Positions 25,497-38,649 of a stretch of DNA of 64,000 nt are shown piece by piece. The number at the start of each line of letters is the position of its first letter. Position 1 is the stretch's first letter. A program made the position numbers and the translations under genes. Below the pieces are notes generated by a model that ran no database searches, had not been told where the DNA came from, and saw only the letters and a list, made by a program, of their open reading frames with translations. Source of the DNA: Eledone cirrhosa (Eukaryota); contig OZ024745.1 of NCBI GenBank assembly GCA_964016885.1, forward strand, positions 122,884,001 to 122,948,000, read 5' to 3'.

Positions 25497-25692
25497 TCAT
25501 CACCATCGTTTTTACGACCATTTTTCCATGATAGCATGGGTTGGATGGGTCCTTTTCAGCACAACATCTCTCCACTTGTTGCATTCCTTCATCATCTTCT
25601 CTGTGAGTCTCACTGACTTGTGATCAGATCTCATCATCTCTGCCCAGGTCATCCTTGGTCTTCCTCTACTGTGGCTTCTTTCCACTTGTTCA
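25497..25692 (-). mobile_element. RTE LINE 3' end sharing its tail with SINE family B
   Basis: RGRPRMTWAEMMRSD...KWRDVV...HPTHAIMEKWS*, followed by a (GAT)n-like tail. Confidence 0.75.
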
Positions 25693-26635
25693 CTGTATGT
25701 GTGAGTGTGTGAGTGTATGTATGTATGTATGTATGTATGTATGTATGTATTCAACAGTTGATTGACAAGATCCCAGACCTTGTCAAATTGGAGCGAGGAA
25801 ACAATGTTTCCATTGGTCTTTCCAATTTCTAATACTATCTACCAGTCATAAATCCAGGTAGAAGGAGCAACGTGAAATAAATTGTCTTGCTCAAGGACAT
25901 AATACATCACCCAATCCAAGAATTGAACTCACAATCTCATGATTGCAAATCCAACTTTCTAACCACTTAGCCATGCATAGCACTTAATGAATGGGGGACC
26001 TTTAACACATTGCAATCAATAAATTAACCATCTATTAGATACAGATGAATAAAATGCCATTCCTGGCAGAGTTTAGTTGATACAGATATTTTAACTTTTA
26101 TAATAACTAACATAAAAGTCAAAATTATTGATACTATGTTGATATTCTTGAATAGAAAGAATTATTATTTGGTTTCTGACTCTTTTGTTTCTCCACTCTC
26201 TTATACTAGGTCGCAAGTACAAGTCAGAAAGTTCAAATACATCTTTGAATTATGATTATTTCATTGACGTGGAAACTATATCCATTTGCTATATTTTCTA
26301 ACTTGAAAGAAAGAGATGAAAAAGTTAGATTTGTTGCCCTAACAATGAATTAGTGAGGATGTATTTGTCTGTAATTTCTTGCTCACTTAACACTTTTCAA
26401 ATCAAATACACCAGAAATAGAATTTGACAGATTTATAATGGTAGATAAAAAATCTTATTGTTAGATAAGTTTATACTTGATTATCTAAAATAGTAATAGT
26501 AATAATACATACATACACTCACATATGTACATACATACATACATGCATACATACATTCATGCATACATATACTCACATATACATACATATATACATGCAT
26601 ACATACATACATACACATGCATACATACACACATG

Positions 26636-26980
26636 ATGGCTGCCCCCTCGTTATCGAGTATGGCCATTGCACGATATACCATTATTAATAATTATTAATT
26701 AATTCCATCATGCAATGCCTATACGTGAAGATATTTTTAAAGTGAGGAAAGACTGTGCACTGAACCAATCCCACTCTCTGAGCGACAGTAGCTAACCTGA
26801 AAAGAATAAAAGATCAACATCATTGGTAACTACTGAGCCGCAGGTTTTATATCGGAGTTATCCTAGTTTCCTGAGTTGCCACTTCCTAGAAGAATGTCCT
26901 GACAAAGGCTAGGGGTGCTTCACTCTCAGTGGTTTAACCGCGTGATCGGGTGTCAAGCTCGACTATTTCTATGTCCTCGT
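26636..26980 (-). mobile_element. Decayed LINE 3' end (probably RTE-BovB-like) with (ATGT)n tail; related copies at 27807-28224 and 56726-56985
   Basis: All three loci start on + with TGGCTGC..CTCG.T.T.GAGTA beside (CATA)n and share GCAGGT.TTATATC; CCTAGAA...GACAAAGGCTA is shared by the first two. Confidence 0.5.
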
Positions 26981-27028
26981 GCATATACATACCCATGCAC
27001 CCATGTATATACACATATACATACATAT

Positions 27029-27374
27029 GGAGGCACATGGCTCAGTGGTTAGAGCATTGGCCTTGCAATCGAAAGGTTGTGAGTTCAATTCTCAGACTTG
27101 GTGATGTGTTGTTTCCTTGAGCAAGACACTTTATTTCACATTGCTCCAGTTCACTCAGCTGTAGAAATGAGATGATAGGGACTGGGGTCTCTATCATTCC
27201 ACTGCAAAGTGGTCGTGGAGGTGCCACGGAAACAAAGCACCCAGCACTCACTGTAAATGAGGTTGGTGTTAGGAAGGGCATCCAGCTGTAGAAATCAAGC
27301 CAGAATCAGTTCCCGTCCCACACTTGCAAGCAGGGAAAAGCGGACATAAAATGATGATGATGATGATGATGATG
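27029..27374 (+). mobile_element. Full-length SINE family B
   Basis: GGAGGCACATGGCTCAGTGG (A box), GAGTTCAATTC (B box), CORE-like CCTTGAGCAAGACAC and a (GAT)n tail. Confidence 0.9.
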
Positions 27375-28315
27375 TACATGTTATTATACATATTTACACA
27401 CTTTTGGATGGCCGTTGACTCTTATGAGTTCTTCCGCCCTTTGTCATGTTTTGTTTTTTGTCCTGCAGGTCACTCTTGAGTGCTAGTGGTAACATGTAAC
27501 CCAGTACAACTGGTCACATGGTCGGGTCGTTGGCGACTAAACTGGCAACCCCACCAAGTTTACTTGGTGAGGAGGGTGATTTTGGACACCCTGCAGATTT
27601 TGGACACATACACACATACATACATTCATACATACATACATGCATACACACACTCACACATACATAAATACATGCATACACACACTCAAACATTTATACA
27701 TACATACATACATACATACATACATACATACACACATGTATACACACACTCACACATACGCACACTCATACATACTTACATAAATACACTCACACACACA
27801 TACCTACATGGTGGCTGCCAACTCGTTTTCGAGTACGGCCACTACTTTATATCCATGTAGGAGAACCCTTACCGATGCGCTGAACGAGTGTGACTTTTTA
27901 GTCCAGCCAGCGACTTGAAAACTCTGGTACAAACACTACACTTGTGACAATTATTGACACATGGTGCTGGGCCCATGGTACCATGTGACGACAAGTGCAG
28001 AGACATCTCCAGATATAAAGCAATGCCTGTGCTGTGAAGCTTTTAGAGTGAGCAAAGGTACTGCACAAAGCCAGTCCCACTCTCTTAACCAAGATGATAT
28101 TTACCAAAAAGAAGAACAAGTCAAAATCATTGGATACCATCAGGGTTGCAGGTGTTATATCAGAATTTTCCTTCTCCTAGAATTCTGCCTTGACAAAGGC
28201 TAAGGGGTCATCTCTCCCGGTGACATACCTACATACATACATACATACATACATACATACATACATACATACATACATACATACATACATACATACATAC
28301 ATACACATACATACA

Positions 28316-28778
28316 AGGAGAATATTTATGCAGAACTGATGAGAAATCTGCAGATACTCTACCCTGATTACACCTTCAGATTTATGCCTGTGATTATTGG
28401 GGCACTGGGATATGTTAGTAACTGCCTCAATACAAATCTTGAGAAGCTAGGCTTCACAGGAACAGAAAGAACACAACTAGTTAGGAAATTACAAGTACAA
28501 TCCATTAATGGAACAGTAAAAATATGTAAAACATTCCAAAAATGTTGCATCTAATAACTGCATATACACATGTACAGATACAAAGCATCTCCACATGCAC
28601 ACATACAACTCAAAACATCCACATCCACACATACAATAACATCCATATCTACACATGCATACATACATATCTACCTAGTTGATGTTGTGTAAATTCCAAT
28701 GAGAGAGTCTTGTGTCTATGTTAGAAACCGACTCTCTCTCTATTGGTAAAACTTTGTGAAATTATATAACCAGAAGAA
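28316..28778 (+). mobile_element. 3' end of an RLE-type (R4/Dong-like) non-LTR retrotransposon inserted in (CATA)n
   Basis: ENIYAELMRNLQ...PVIIGALGYV...LQVQSINGTVKICK*, the RLE C-terminal motif; flanked on both sides by (CATA)n. Confidence 0.75.
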
Positions 28779-29413
28779 CATACATACATACATACATACA
28801 TACATACATACATACATACATACATACATACATACAAGCCATAACACAGTTCACAACACTACACACTGTCCAAAATATAGCTCTGTTAGGAACAGCCTAC
28901 AGTTTGTGGAAGACATTATCGATTCACCAGCATAAATCAAACTACAATCTCTACACACAACACATATTTTCACATAAAAGTTATTCAACACAGCAGCATC
29001 AATAACTCACACAACCAACATCCTAGACAGTTGCAGCACATTAATGCCATATAAGCCACACACATCATACTCATCATTAACACGTGTACCAGTGATTACA
29101 CAAAACATATAGAATATATTCACCCAACAAAATAACACAACTCGCATTAGACATACTTTATACAACTGAACAAATACTTATATAATTCCAGAAACATGTT
29201 AAACCCCCATAACGATATAAGTACCCTAATAGGAGTAGTTTATTCCCCACCACAACTACCACCACCACCACCACTACCACCACTACCACCACCACCACCA
29301 CTACCACCAATGGAAGATAAGAACACATAATACTAGATACAGAATCACAGAGTGTATTTGATGATGCAATAAAAACTTACATGGAATTTTTATATGGAAT
29401 ATTGAAGAAATAA

Positions 29414-29815
29414 TAATTGTTTCTACTTTTGGCACAAGGCCAGCAATTATCCCAGTGCATTACTGATACATTATTTTATTGACTCCATAAGGATGAAAGG
29501 CAAAGTTAACCTCAGTCGGATTTGAACTCAGACCATAAAGGGGCGTAACTCTATGCTGCAAAGCATGATGTCTGATGCTCTAACGATACTGCCAATCCAA
29601 TGATTTCTAGTATAGGCACATGACAAGTAATTTGGGGAGGGGAAAGTCGATTAAATCAACCCCAGTATGTTACTGGTGCTTTATTTTATCGATCCCATAA
29701 GGATGAAAGGCAAAGTTAACCTTGGCAGGATTTGAACTCAGAACGCAAAGGGCCATAACTCTATGCTGCAAGGCATGGTCTCCAACTCTCTACCGATACT
29801 GCCAATCCACCTCCC
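29414..29815 (-). mobile_element. Two tandem SINE family A copies
   Basis: Same head, core and tail as the 2530-3853 cluster. Confidence 0.85.
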
Positions 29816-30219
29816 TTTTTGAAGAAATAATTATAGCCACAATCAAAGCCAATGCAAGCCTTATGTCATTCATAAGGACAAGAAGTATTAGAAGTGCATA
29901 CTTATTAACACAGCAATACCATCTGAAAGAAATATTTCTAACAAGTTTACAGAGAAGTTGTTCAAGTATAGAGACTTGATGAAACTGCAACCAACAGGAT
30001 GTGGAATATCTAAACAGAATTAATAGTTGTGATCATCAGAAAACTAGAACTTATGAAGAAGGAATTGGAAAAGTTCACCAATCATATATCAGGTCACATC
30101 ACCATCTGAATAACCTAGAAACTTTATATATAGATTACTTTAAATGTGTATAGAATATTGGTGAACAGTTTTGTACATGTTTATATTGGATCTCTTCTAT
30201 TCAATTCTCTTTAAAAGAT

Positions 30220-30752
30220 AATTGTTTCTATTATTGGCACAAGGCTAGCATTTACCTCAGTGCATTACTGGTGCTTTATTTTATCGACCCCATAAGGATG
30301 AAAGGCAAAGTTAACCTCGGCACAATTTGAACTCGGAACGTAAAGGGCCATAACTCTATGCTACAAAACATGTTGTTGGACGCTCTACCGATACTGCCAA
30401 TCTGCCACCCTGTTTAATCGTTTCTACTTTTGGCACAAGGCCAGCAATTATATCAGTGCATTACTGGTACTTTATTTTATCAACCTCATAAGGATGAAAG
30501 GAAAAGTTAACCTTGGCAAGATTTGAACTCAGACAATAAAGGGCCGTAACTCTTTGCTGCAAAGCATGGCGTCCAACCCTCTACCGATACTGCCAATCCA
30601 CCGCCTTTTAAAAGATAATTGTTTCTACTTTTGGCACAAGGCCAGCAATTACCCAGTGTATTACTGGCTCTTTATTTTATCGACCCCCATAAGGATGAAA
30701 GGCAAAGTTAACCTCGGCGGGATTTGAACTCAGAATGGCAAGGGCTGTAACT
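30220..30752 (-). mobile_element. Three tandem SINE family A copies with a reiterated target TTTAAAAGATAAT
   Basis: The target motif occurs at about 30210, 30607 and 30755. Confidence 0.85.
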
Positions 30753-31909
30753 CTTTTAAAAGATAATATGTGCCTCTTAGCACCATAGTGATGAGATAGT
30801 TTTCTTGTCACAGAGGATGAGACATTCCTGATAGGAGATTGATTCTTCTTCATAGAAGATGAAATGCTCCTTGAACTTCCTAAGTGCCTCCCAGTACAGT
30901 CCCTTCTCTTTTAGCTTTGTTTGGTTTAAATTTTCATATGCTATGTTTTGCCCTCCTTGCTCATCGTCCATTCCTTCTGCCCCACAAAGACCATCATATA
31001 TTTTTAAAACCAAACATTTCTGGATCCATTAAAACATACAAATGAGTCATTGGTTATATTAAAAACCACCTTCAATCAAATTCTCAAACTGCATTCCCTT
31101 CTCCATTCCTCATGATTCCTGTTGTGTCTAACATTTAAAATCATTTTTCAATATTCCCTCTAATTCTTTCTACCAAGAACTGGAGCCTATTGGAATTATC
31201 TTTCTGCTCCATTTCACTAACCAATATCACCAATCTACAGAAAATCATTCAAATATAAATTTACTGTTAGCATCATAATTATTAAATCTAATTTCAACTA
31301 TATAACTATATAATTTAGTTTGCCACTATTTCTCTTACTCAATGCAAATAAATCATTGTTTTAGCTTATGTTTATCTAGTTTAGCAATTTGTTTGCTAAT
31401 ACTTCAGAAACGTATGAGGAGACAACACTTTCATTGATGAGTCTTCAAGAAGAGGTGACATGTGTTCAGACATGTTTCCATGCACTTGATCATGAAAATC
31501 TATTGGTCATTAATGATTTTTTATTTATTTTATTTTGTCACATATATGAATATACTTTAGCTTTTTTAATGTTTTAATCCCTAGATATGCTTCCAACTAT
31601 ATAACTTCCTAATTATCATGGGGTTTGGAGTGTATACACATTATATTTGTCAGAATTTCTCTTTCTCTATGCCAATAAATGTATAATTTATCATGTTGAC
31701 CTAACAGCAATTTGCTAATACTTTAGTAAATTAAGGCAAGGATACATTTTGCTAATGAGCCTTCAACAAGAGGCAAAACATTGAATATCTGTTTATCTAC
31801 TCAATTGCACATATTGATTTTATCAGTATGGGAGGAGTTCAAGTAATGATCCTCTTCCTCAGATTGACTAATGAAAAATTATATATTTGTCATACATGAT
31901 ATATAAACT

Positions 31910-32180
31910 GGAGGCACGTGGCCTAGTGGTAAAGGTGTTGAACTTACAATCATTATGTTGTGGGTTCAATTCCTAGGCTGCATGTTGTGTTCTTGAGCAA
32001 AACACTTCATTTCACGTTGCTCCAGTATACTCAGCTGAAAATGAGTACCAGTAATAACTGGGGAATTAACCCTATAATGGACTGGCATCCTGTCCAGGGA
32101 GAAGTCATGTTCTCTGAGGCGCTTCACGCCATGAAACTGGGATATAAGCACCGGCCAAATGAGCCTTCTGGCTTAAGACA
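31910..32180 (+). mobile_element. tRNA-derived SINE with CORE-like and V-like segments
   Basis: TGGCCTAGTGG, GGGTTCAATTCC, TTCTTGAGCAAAACAC and ATGGACTGGCATCCTGTCCAGGG. Confidence 0.7.
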
Positions 32181-32642
32181 GACTGTAGATTTTAGATATA
32201 TAAAACAACAAATATAAATGCAAACAATACTAGAAAAGTTGTGAAAGCAGGACACAATACATTGGATTAATTTGTTGTTGCAATTATTGTTGTTGTTGAG
32301 TCTGTTCAGCTCTAGTTAAGTAGACCTATGACATGGAAGTAGCTAAAAGAATACTTAGGTGCAACTATAGATCCAGCTCCCCATGTAAGGAAATACAAAA
32401 TGCTGATCATGGTAATTTAAGTCAACCTAATTAGAAACCAGCTTTAAAGACAGTGGATTGAAAAAATCCTTAAAGCATTGGATAAAATACTTTGCAGCAT
32501 TTAGTTATGGATCTTTACATTCTCAGTTATTATTATTATTTTTTATATATTTTATCTTTATATTTTTTTCCCTGTCTTTATATTGTCCCCTATATGTCAG
32601 CCCTTGTGGCCAATAAATGAAATCATCATCATCATTATTATT

Positions 32643-33144
32643 ACTAGCACAAAAACCACCCTATGGGTGGTTTTCTACTAGCATGTGTAGTGTGTATATT
32701 GATATTATACACATATATACATGTAAATATGAAACATCAAATAATATTGTAATTGGAAATATACACAGAAATTGAACAAAGCCTAGGTTACACTATCTTC
32801 TGTAATCAGTAATCCATGATATATTAAATATAAGACGACATTATATATAAACTGCATTAGGAGAAAATTAGCGACGGAAATATATGCAATATTTTTTATA
32901 AGTGTTATAATATAACGCCCGCTAACAGGAAGTATTGACATTTGATAATTTTAAAGAATTGAATTTTAAAGATCTTTAAATAAGCTATAAAATATATTTA
33001 ATCAACAGCCACGAAATTTAGCACAAAAATTATGTAATATTCATTCACTATTTATTCAAAGTAATCCAACTTATTTTACAAACGGGGTAAAAAAAATATA
33101 TTCTGGACGCAATCCCGCAGAACTTCCTTTATTATAGTTAAGAT
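32643..33144. mobile_element. Helentron-like non-autonomous element
   Basis: ACTAGC start, palindrome AAAACCACCC-TAT-GGGTGGTTTT and end TTTATTATAGTTAAGAT. Confidence 0.45.
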
Positions 33145-33236
33145 TATTGTTGTGCACTCCAATGCCATATGGCTGGAACAATTGGAAATCCCTACTTGCA
33201 CCCAGGAATGGAATGAGATCGCCTCACAAGAAATAA

Positions 33237-33272
<36 letters not shown>

Positions 33273-33285
33273 ATTATTATTATTA

Positions 33286-34186
33286 CAGTTGCATTTATCT
33301 TGCTTTATGTTCATACGAGTTATCACCAAGTCATACCAGTGACCTCAAGAGACAACAAGGTCTGCCATGTTCAAGAAAGAACATACATACACACACATGC
33401 ATCTTTAGGTGTTTAGACTCGTGATGTACTTATATTGACAGAATCTTCCTTAGTATATGGGCAGTTCCCATTAGTACTATCTTTTGTATTTCTCCTATAC
33501 GCGGGTTTCCTGGGATTTGCGATAAGTTTTGCAATTTTCAGACCATAGAACCTGCACATTACCCACTGTAAGTACTGACCCACTCTATAATACCTCGTTT
33601 TATATTCCTGAAACCAGGTGGTCAATGGTCTCAATATGTTCATCACAGAATCAGCACTTTGGGTTAATTCTATTTCTGATCATATTGGCTTGAAAGACAC
33701 TGGTCTTGTGTCTGCCTTTATCCCAGAAATCTGCAGCCAATAATGAGTGAGAGTTTGATCTAAATCAGAGACTTTGCTATGGAGAACATACTGTCCTTGT
33801 GGTGGTTTTTGTTTCCATTTCTTGCACAGTCTCGGTTGGCCTTCATGTTTTTCCAACACTTTGATATTCTTTGTGGCTTTAATTGCAAAATCGCCATCAT
33901 TTTCAAATTGTAAACTTCCTACATTTTTTTTATGACTGAATGTAACCTCTTTTTCTTTTCGTGATCTGCAACCATTTTCAGCATCTAGTCATCTATGGTT
34001 TTAAAGTACTGATCAATTCCAATGGTTGATATCTTGTATGACAGCTCAAGCTGGATCATTCCTCTACCTCCATTTTGTCTAGGGAGATAGTGATGATCCT
34101 CACCTGATTTTGGGTGATGTATTTTATTACAGGTCAATGTTTTCTGATTTTGGTGTCCAATATCTTAATTTCCTTACTGTTCCAAT
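33286..34186 (-). pseudogene. Older decayed R4/Dong-like LINE 3' portion with (TAA)n tail
   Basis: Broken frames give HHPKS...YLPRQNGGRGMIQLE and EYKTRYYRVGQYLQWVMC; (TAT)n lies at 33237-33285. Confidence 0.7.
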
Positions 34187-34214
34187 TTATGATATTGAAA
34201 TTGTTGGTGACAAC

Positions 34215-34486
34215 TGGCACCGCAAGGTGGTCGTGGAGGTGCCACGGCAAAAAAGCACCCAGCCCACACTGTAAAGTGGACGTGTAGGCGCTACGAAAAA
34301 GCACCCAGCACTCACTGTAAATGAGGTTGGTGTTAGGAAGGGCATCCAGCTGTAGAAATCAAGCCAGATCAGTTCCTGTATGAGCAAGGCATGGTCAGCC
34401 GACCAGACACTGCACACAACAGGACAACCCGTCTAACCCATGCTAGTGTGGAAGAACGGACGTAAAACGGTGATGATGATGATGAT
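34215..34486 (+). mobile_element. SINE family B 3' part
   Basis: Two internal units, GTTAGGAAGGGCATCCAGC and a (GAT)n tail. Confidence 0.8.
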
Positions 34487-35221
34487 TATTATTATTATTG
34501 TTAATTTACTTATTTATTTGTTTGTTTATCTATTTTGTAAATTCCAATAATTTCCCTATTATGATCATTCTAAAGAGTTTTGAATACATATTTGTCGTTG
34601 AAACTGCCAATCACATCAAGTTTACATCTATTAAACTCCAAGCATAAAAAGTTAACTTAATATGCACTGTTTCCCACTACTGCCATCCACTGCCACACTC
34701 ATGACTCTTGCACTAATACCTGCCACAACAGCCACTTATATAAACAACAGAACTAGAATAAAAAGTAGGTTATCTCTATAAAGGGGTTGAAGAAATCATA
34801 GTCATTTTCTTCATTCAATATTCCTTTTCAATGAATTTTACTCAAGAAAAAGTCACTATTTTGAACATTGAAAGAAAACTCAAAAATAGAAAATAATGGG
34901 AAAATGTAGAAAAGAATTTTACAAAATCTAATAAAAATACAAATATAAAAATTACTTTAGATTTTTATGTTATATTTACATTGTTGTAATTTTTAAGAAA
35001 TAGGCAAAATGTAATTGACAGTAGCTGGACTCTAATAGAAGAGATCAAATTATGGTGTGGGTGGGAAGTAAAAATCATTTTGTATGCAAAGCTATTTTTG
35101 AAAGAATAATTCAATAAAAAAGATTTCATTATTTCCGTTACTGGAACTGTAATTAGAATAATTCCAGATCATTGTTGTTCTTTTTTGTATTATTATTATT
35201 ATTATTATTGTTATTGTTATT

Positions 35222-37726
35222 CCTTGAATCTCAGTCATTGATGTTGGTTAACTGGAAAGTCCGTTGGATTGAATATCAAGCCACTACCTGCAGCCTCAGA
35301 TATTCAGGACGTATCGGAGGGTTCTTGCCGTTCCAAGCAAGCATGCCTTTTGAAGCGTTCCAAAAAGCGTGAAGGGGCCGATTTTCTTTAACCATCCCTG
35401 GAAACCTTTGGAGATAGTCCCCAGTGCGCCTATGACAATCGGGATCACTTTGACTTCATGGCAGTTCCAAATCCTTTTCACCTCCCACTTTAGGTCCTGG
35501 TATCGGTTAATTTTCTCCCTCTCCTTCTCTTGCACTCTCGTGTCGAACGGGCAGGCCACATCCACAATCAGGCACGATCTTTTTTCTTTGTCCACAACCA
35601 CCAGGTCAGGTCTATTGTGTTCCAGTTTTTTGTCCGTCTGTATCCTAAAATCCCACAGCACCTTCACCTGACTGTTCTCCATCACCGCCTCTGGCCTATG
35701 CTCATACCATTTCTCAGAATGTGGTAGATTGTTTACTTTGCACAGGTGCCAGTGGATCACCCTGCCCATCACATCGTGTCTCCAGCCCTTATAGTGGGTC
35801 TGGGCTAGGTGTTTACACTCGGACACAATGTGAGCCACAGTCTCCTCTCTCTCTCCACAGATCCTGCACAGTGGGCTAGCCTCCTCCTTGTAGATATGGT
35901 GCTTCAACCACTTCGTTTTGAGGGCCTGCTCCTGCGCAGCCATTAGCATTCCTTCTGTAGCCTTTTTGAGGTCTCCTCTTCTCAACCAGTTCCATGTCTG
36001 TGGATCTCTAAATTCAGTTTTCTCAAAGAAGGTACTATGAAGGGATTTTCCCTTAAGGCTGCTCTTCCTCCTTGATGTTATTTCCTCCTTGGATATCCCC
36101 TGGCCTACTGTCCCCTCCTTCAGTACAGCTCTGAGCATTGGCTCCTTACTATAGGTCACGTATTTGTATAGGTTGTTTTTCTCCATCTGAACACAGTCCT
36201 CTATGCTGATAAGACCTCTTCCACCCTCAGATCTCCTTAGGTAGAGTCTATCGACATCACTCCTCTTGTGGAACATGTTGTAGATAGTCAATAGCTTCCT
36301 AGTCTTCCTATCCATTTCTTTTTGTTCAGCAACATTCCATCTCAGAATTCCCGCACTGTACCTAATAATAGACACAGCTCGGGAATTTACTGCGCTTATG
36401 GCATTTCTGCTGTTCAGATGTGACTTCAATACGCTCCTTACTCTCCGAATGTATTCAGTTCTTAACAATTCCTTCATTTTTTTGTTCTTTATGCCATCAG
36501 CCTCCAGAACGCCCAAATACTTGTATCCTTCCTCAGAGTCAATTTCCTTTATCATCTCACCTGTTGGTATCTGGATCCCGTTACTTCTGCTCAACCTACC
36601 CCTCTTCATCACAATGACTCCACATTTACCAATACCAAACTGCATACATATATCACTGCTGAAAATACGGACAGTGTCAACAAGCACATCCAACTCCTTC
36701 TCACTTTTCCCGAAGAGCTTAAGATCGTCCATGAAGAGGAGGTGATTGATGGTAAGCTCTCCCCTTCCCAACTTGTATCCTGCTCTCACTTTTTGCAGCA
36801 TAATGGTCAAGTGCATCAGGGCAAGGACAAACAACAGAGGGGACAGGCTATCTCCCTGGAAGATACCTCTCTTGATCTTCACGCTTCCCAAGGATACTCC
36901 AGTTGATGTCAACTCTGTCTCCCAGGACCCCATACTCCTGCCCAGCAACTGTCTGATGTTATCTGCCACCCTGAAGATCTCCAGGCTTTTGGTGATCCAG
37001 GAATGAGGCACCATGTCAAATGCCTTTCTGTAGTCTATCCATCCCATGGCAAGATCAGTGTGTCTCCTCCTGCAATTCCCCATTACCATCTTATCAATAA
37101 GCAACTGGTCCTTTGTACCACGTGACTTCTTTCGGCATCCTTTCTGTTCGTCCGGTAACAAGTTGTTTGTGTGGAGGTGATGGTAGATTTCCTCAGACAC
37201 AATGCTCGTCAACAGTTTCCACATTACGGGCAGACATGTGATAGGTCTATAGTTGGTAACATCATTACCCTTGATTCGGTCTTTCATTATCAGAACTGTG
37301 GTACCTTTTGTCAACCACTCTGGAACCTCACCCGACACCAAGCAGTCATTGAACATGGCCGTCAGCTTCGGGTGGAGGGATGTTAAATGTTTAATCCAAT
37401 ACCCCTGCACACCATCTGGGCCTGGTGATTTCCAGTTGGTTAGTTTTTTGGCTTGCCCCTTAAGAGTTTCAACTGTGATACTCAAATCAGTCTGTTGTTG
37501 TGCCTGCTCACCGATCTCCCTCTGTACTGTCTCAATCCACCCTGCCTGGGCATTGTGTCTAACATCCTGCTCCCATATTCCTCTCCAGAATGTTTTAGCT
37601 TGTTCCGCCCCAGGGATCAAGTCGTTGCCTCTTTCTTTCCCCTCAAGCTGTCCAAACAGCATCTTCTGGTTGTTGTCGAACATGCGGTTCTGTTTATACT
37701 GACTGACTCTGTTCTCGTATCGCCTG
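35222..37726 (-). mobile_element. 5'-truncated R4/Dong-clade non-LTR retrotransposon inserted in (TAA)n
   Basis: (TAA)n-type tracts at both ends (35189-35221 and 37727-37803), a 74-nt 3' UTR and an uninterrupted RT-RLE ORF. Confidence 0.9.
35296..37726 (-). CDS. Reverse transcriptase plus restriction-like endonuclease (about 810 aa, no native start)
   Basis: KSPGPDG, NYRPITCL, DYRKAFDMV, RGIFQGDSLSP, FMDDLKL, YKYLG, CCHC finger CRIC..H...EC, RHD, RPDL..D..CP.D and IGALG. Confidence 0.93.
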
Positions 37727-37780
<54 letters not shown>

Positions 37781-38279
37781 GTTTTGTTGTTGTTGTTATT
37801 ATTCATTTCAACATTGTGACATTCTTTACAAGAACTCTTTTCTTTTTCTTTTGGTCTCAGTTGATTTATTTATAAATAAATGTCATAAATTACTTTACAT
37901 AAAAACATATTTTTACAAAATATTTGCTCAAAATAGAGAAATATATTCCAAATTAAAACACAATATACTCAGAACTAATATCTGTTAAGTCTGCTTATAA
38001 TCATTTAAGTAAGCAAATCTCTGAAGACTCCTCAACATTTTCATAGCCACTAATATACCATTTTTTTAAATTTAGATTAAAAAATAAGTTGAATTTTCCC
38101 TTCTTTTCTTTTTTCTTTTCATAATTAAATTTTATAATTTACTAAATCTGGACACCAAATTCTGCAATAACTGATATACTGAGAATTATGGTATGTGCAA
38201 TCAGGAAACTTGTTTGTTTACATAGTAATTCTTTGTAAACAAATACATGTTGTTGTTCAGTGGCAAGCAAGCAGCTTAA

Positions 38280-38649
38280 CCCTTTAGCATTTACATTACT
38301 CTTTAATTTACTATTGTATTTTAATGATAAAGGCTTTATCTCACATAATTATCTCACATAATATAAAACCTACAAGATGTTGATGATGTTATTATCTATT
38401 TTGAGAACAATACCTTAAAGCAGGCATGTCAAACATGCAGCCCTTTACAAGCCCACTTCTGGCCCGTACAAAGGTCTTTACAGCACGGACATGCTTTATC
38501 TTTGTAATAAAAAATAAAACAAATTTACTGTAATATGCGCAATTAGTTGTCATGTGTGGCCCTCGGGGAACCCTCAGTTTGACATGCCTGCTTTAAAGTA
38601 AATATGAGCAGCCAGTTACAGCTGGTTTGAACAGAAAAATACTAAAGGG
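38280..38649. mobile_element. piggyBac-like MITE with nested hAT MITE (38421-38590)
   Basis: Outer element TTAA-CCC...GGG-TTAA; inner element CAGGCATGTCAAA...TTTGACATGCCTG with TSD CCTTAAAG/CTTTAAAG. Confidence 0.88.

Noticed and set aside
28695-28746. CCAATGA...GAAACC in the LINE 3' UTR
   Set aside because: The core is non-canonical; it is better explained as a simple UTR hairpin (GAGAGAGTC/GACTCTCTC).
37727-37806. N-terminus MNNNNNNKTIIII of the 836-aa ORF
   Set aside because: It is translated target microsatellite, not part of the retrotransposon protein.
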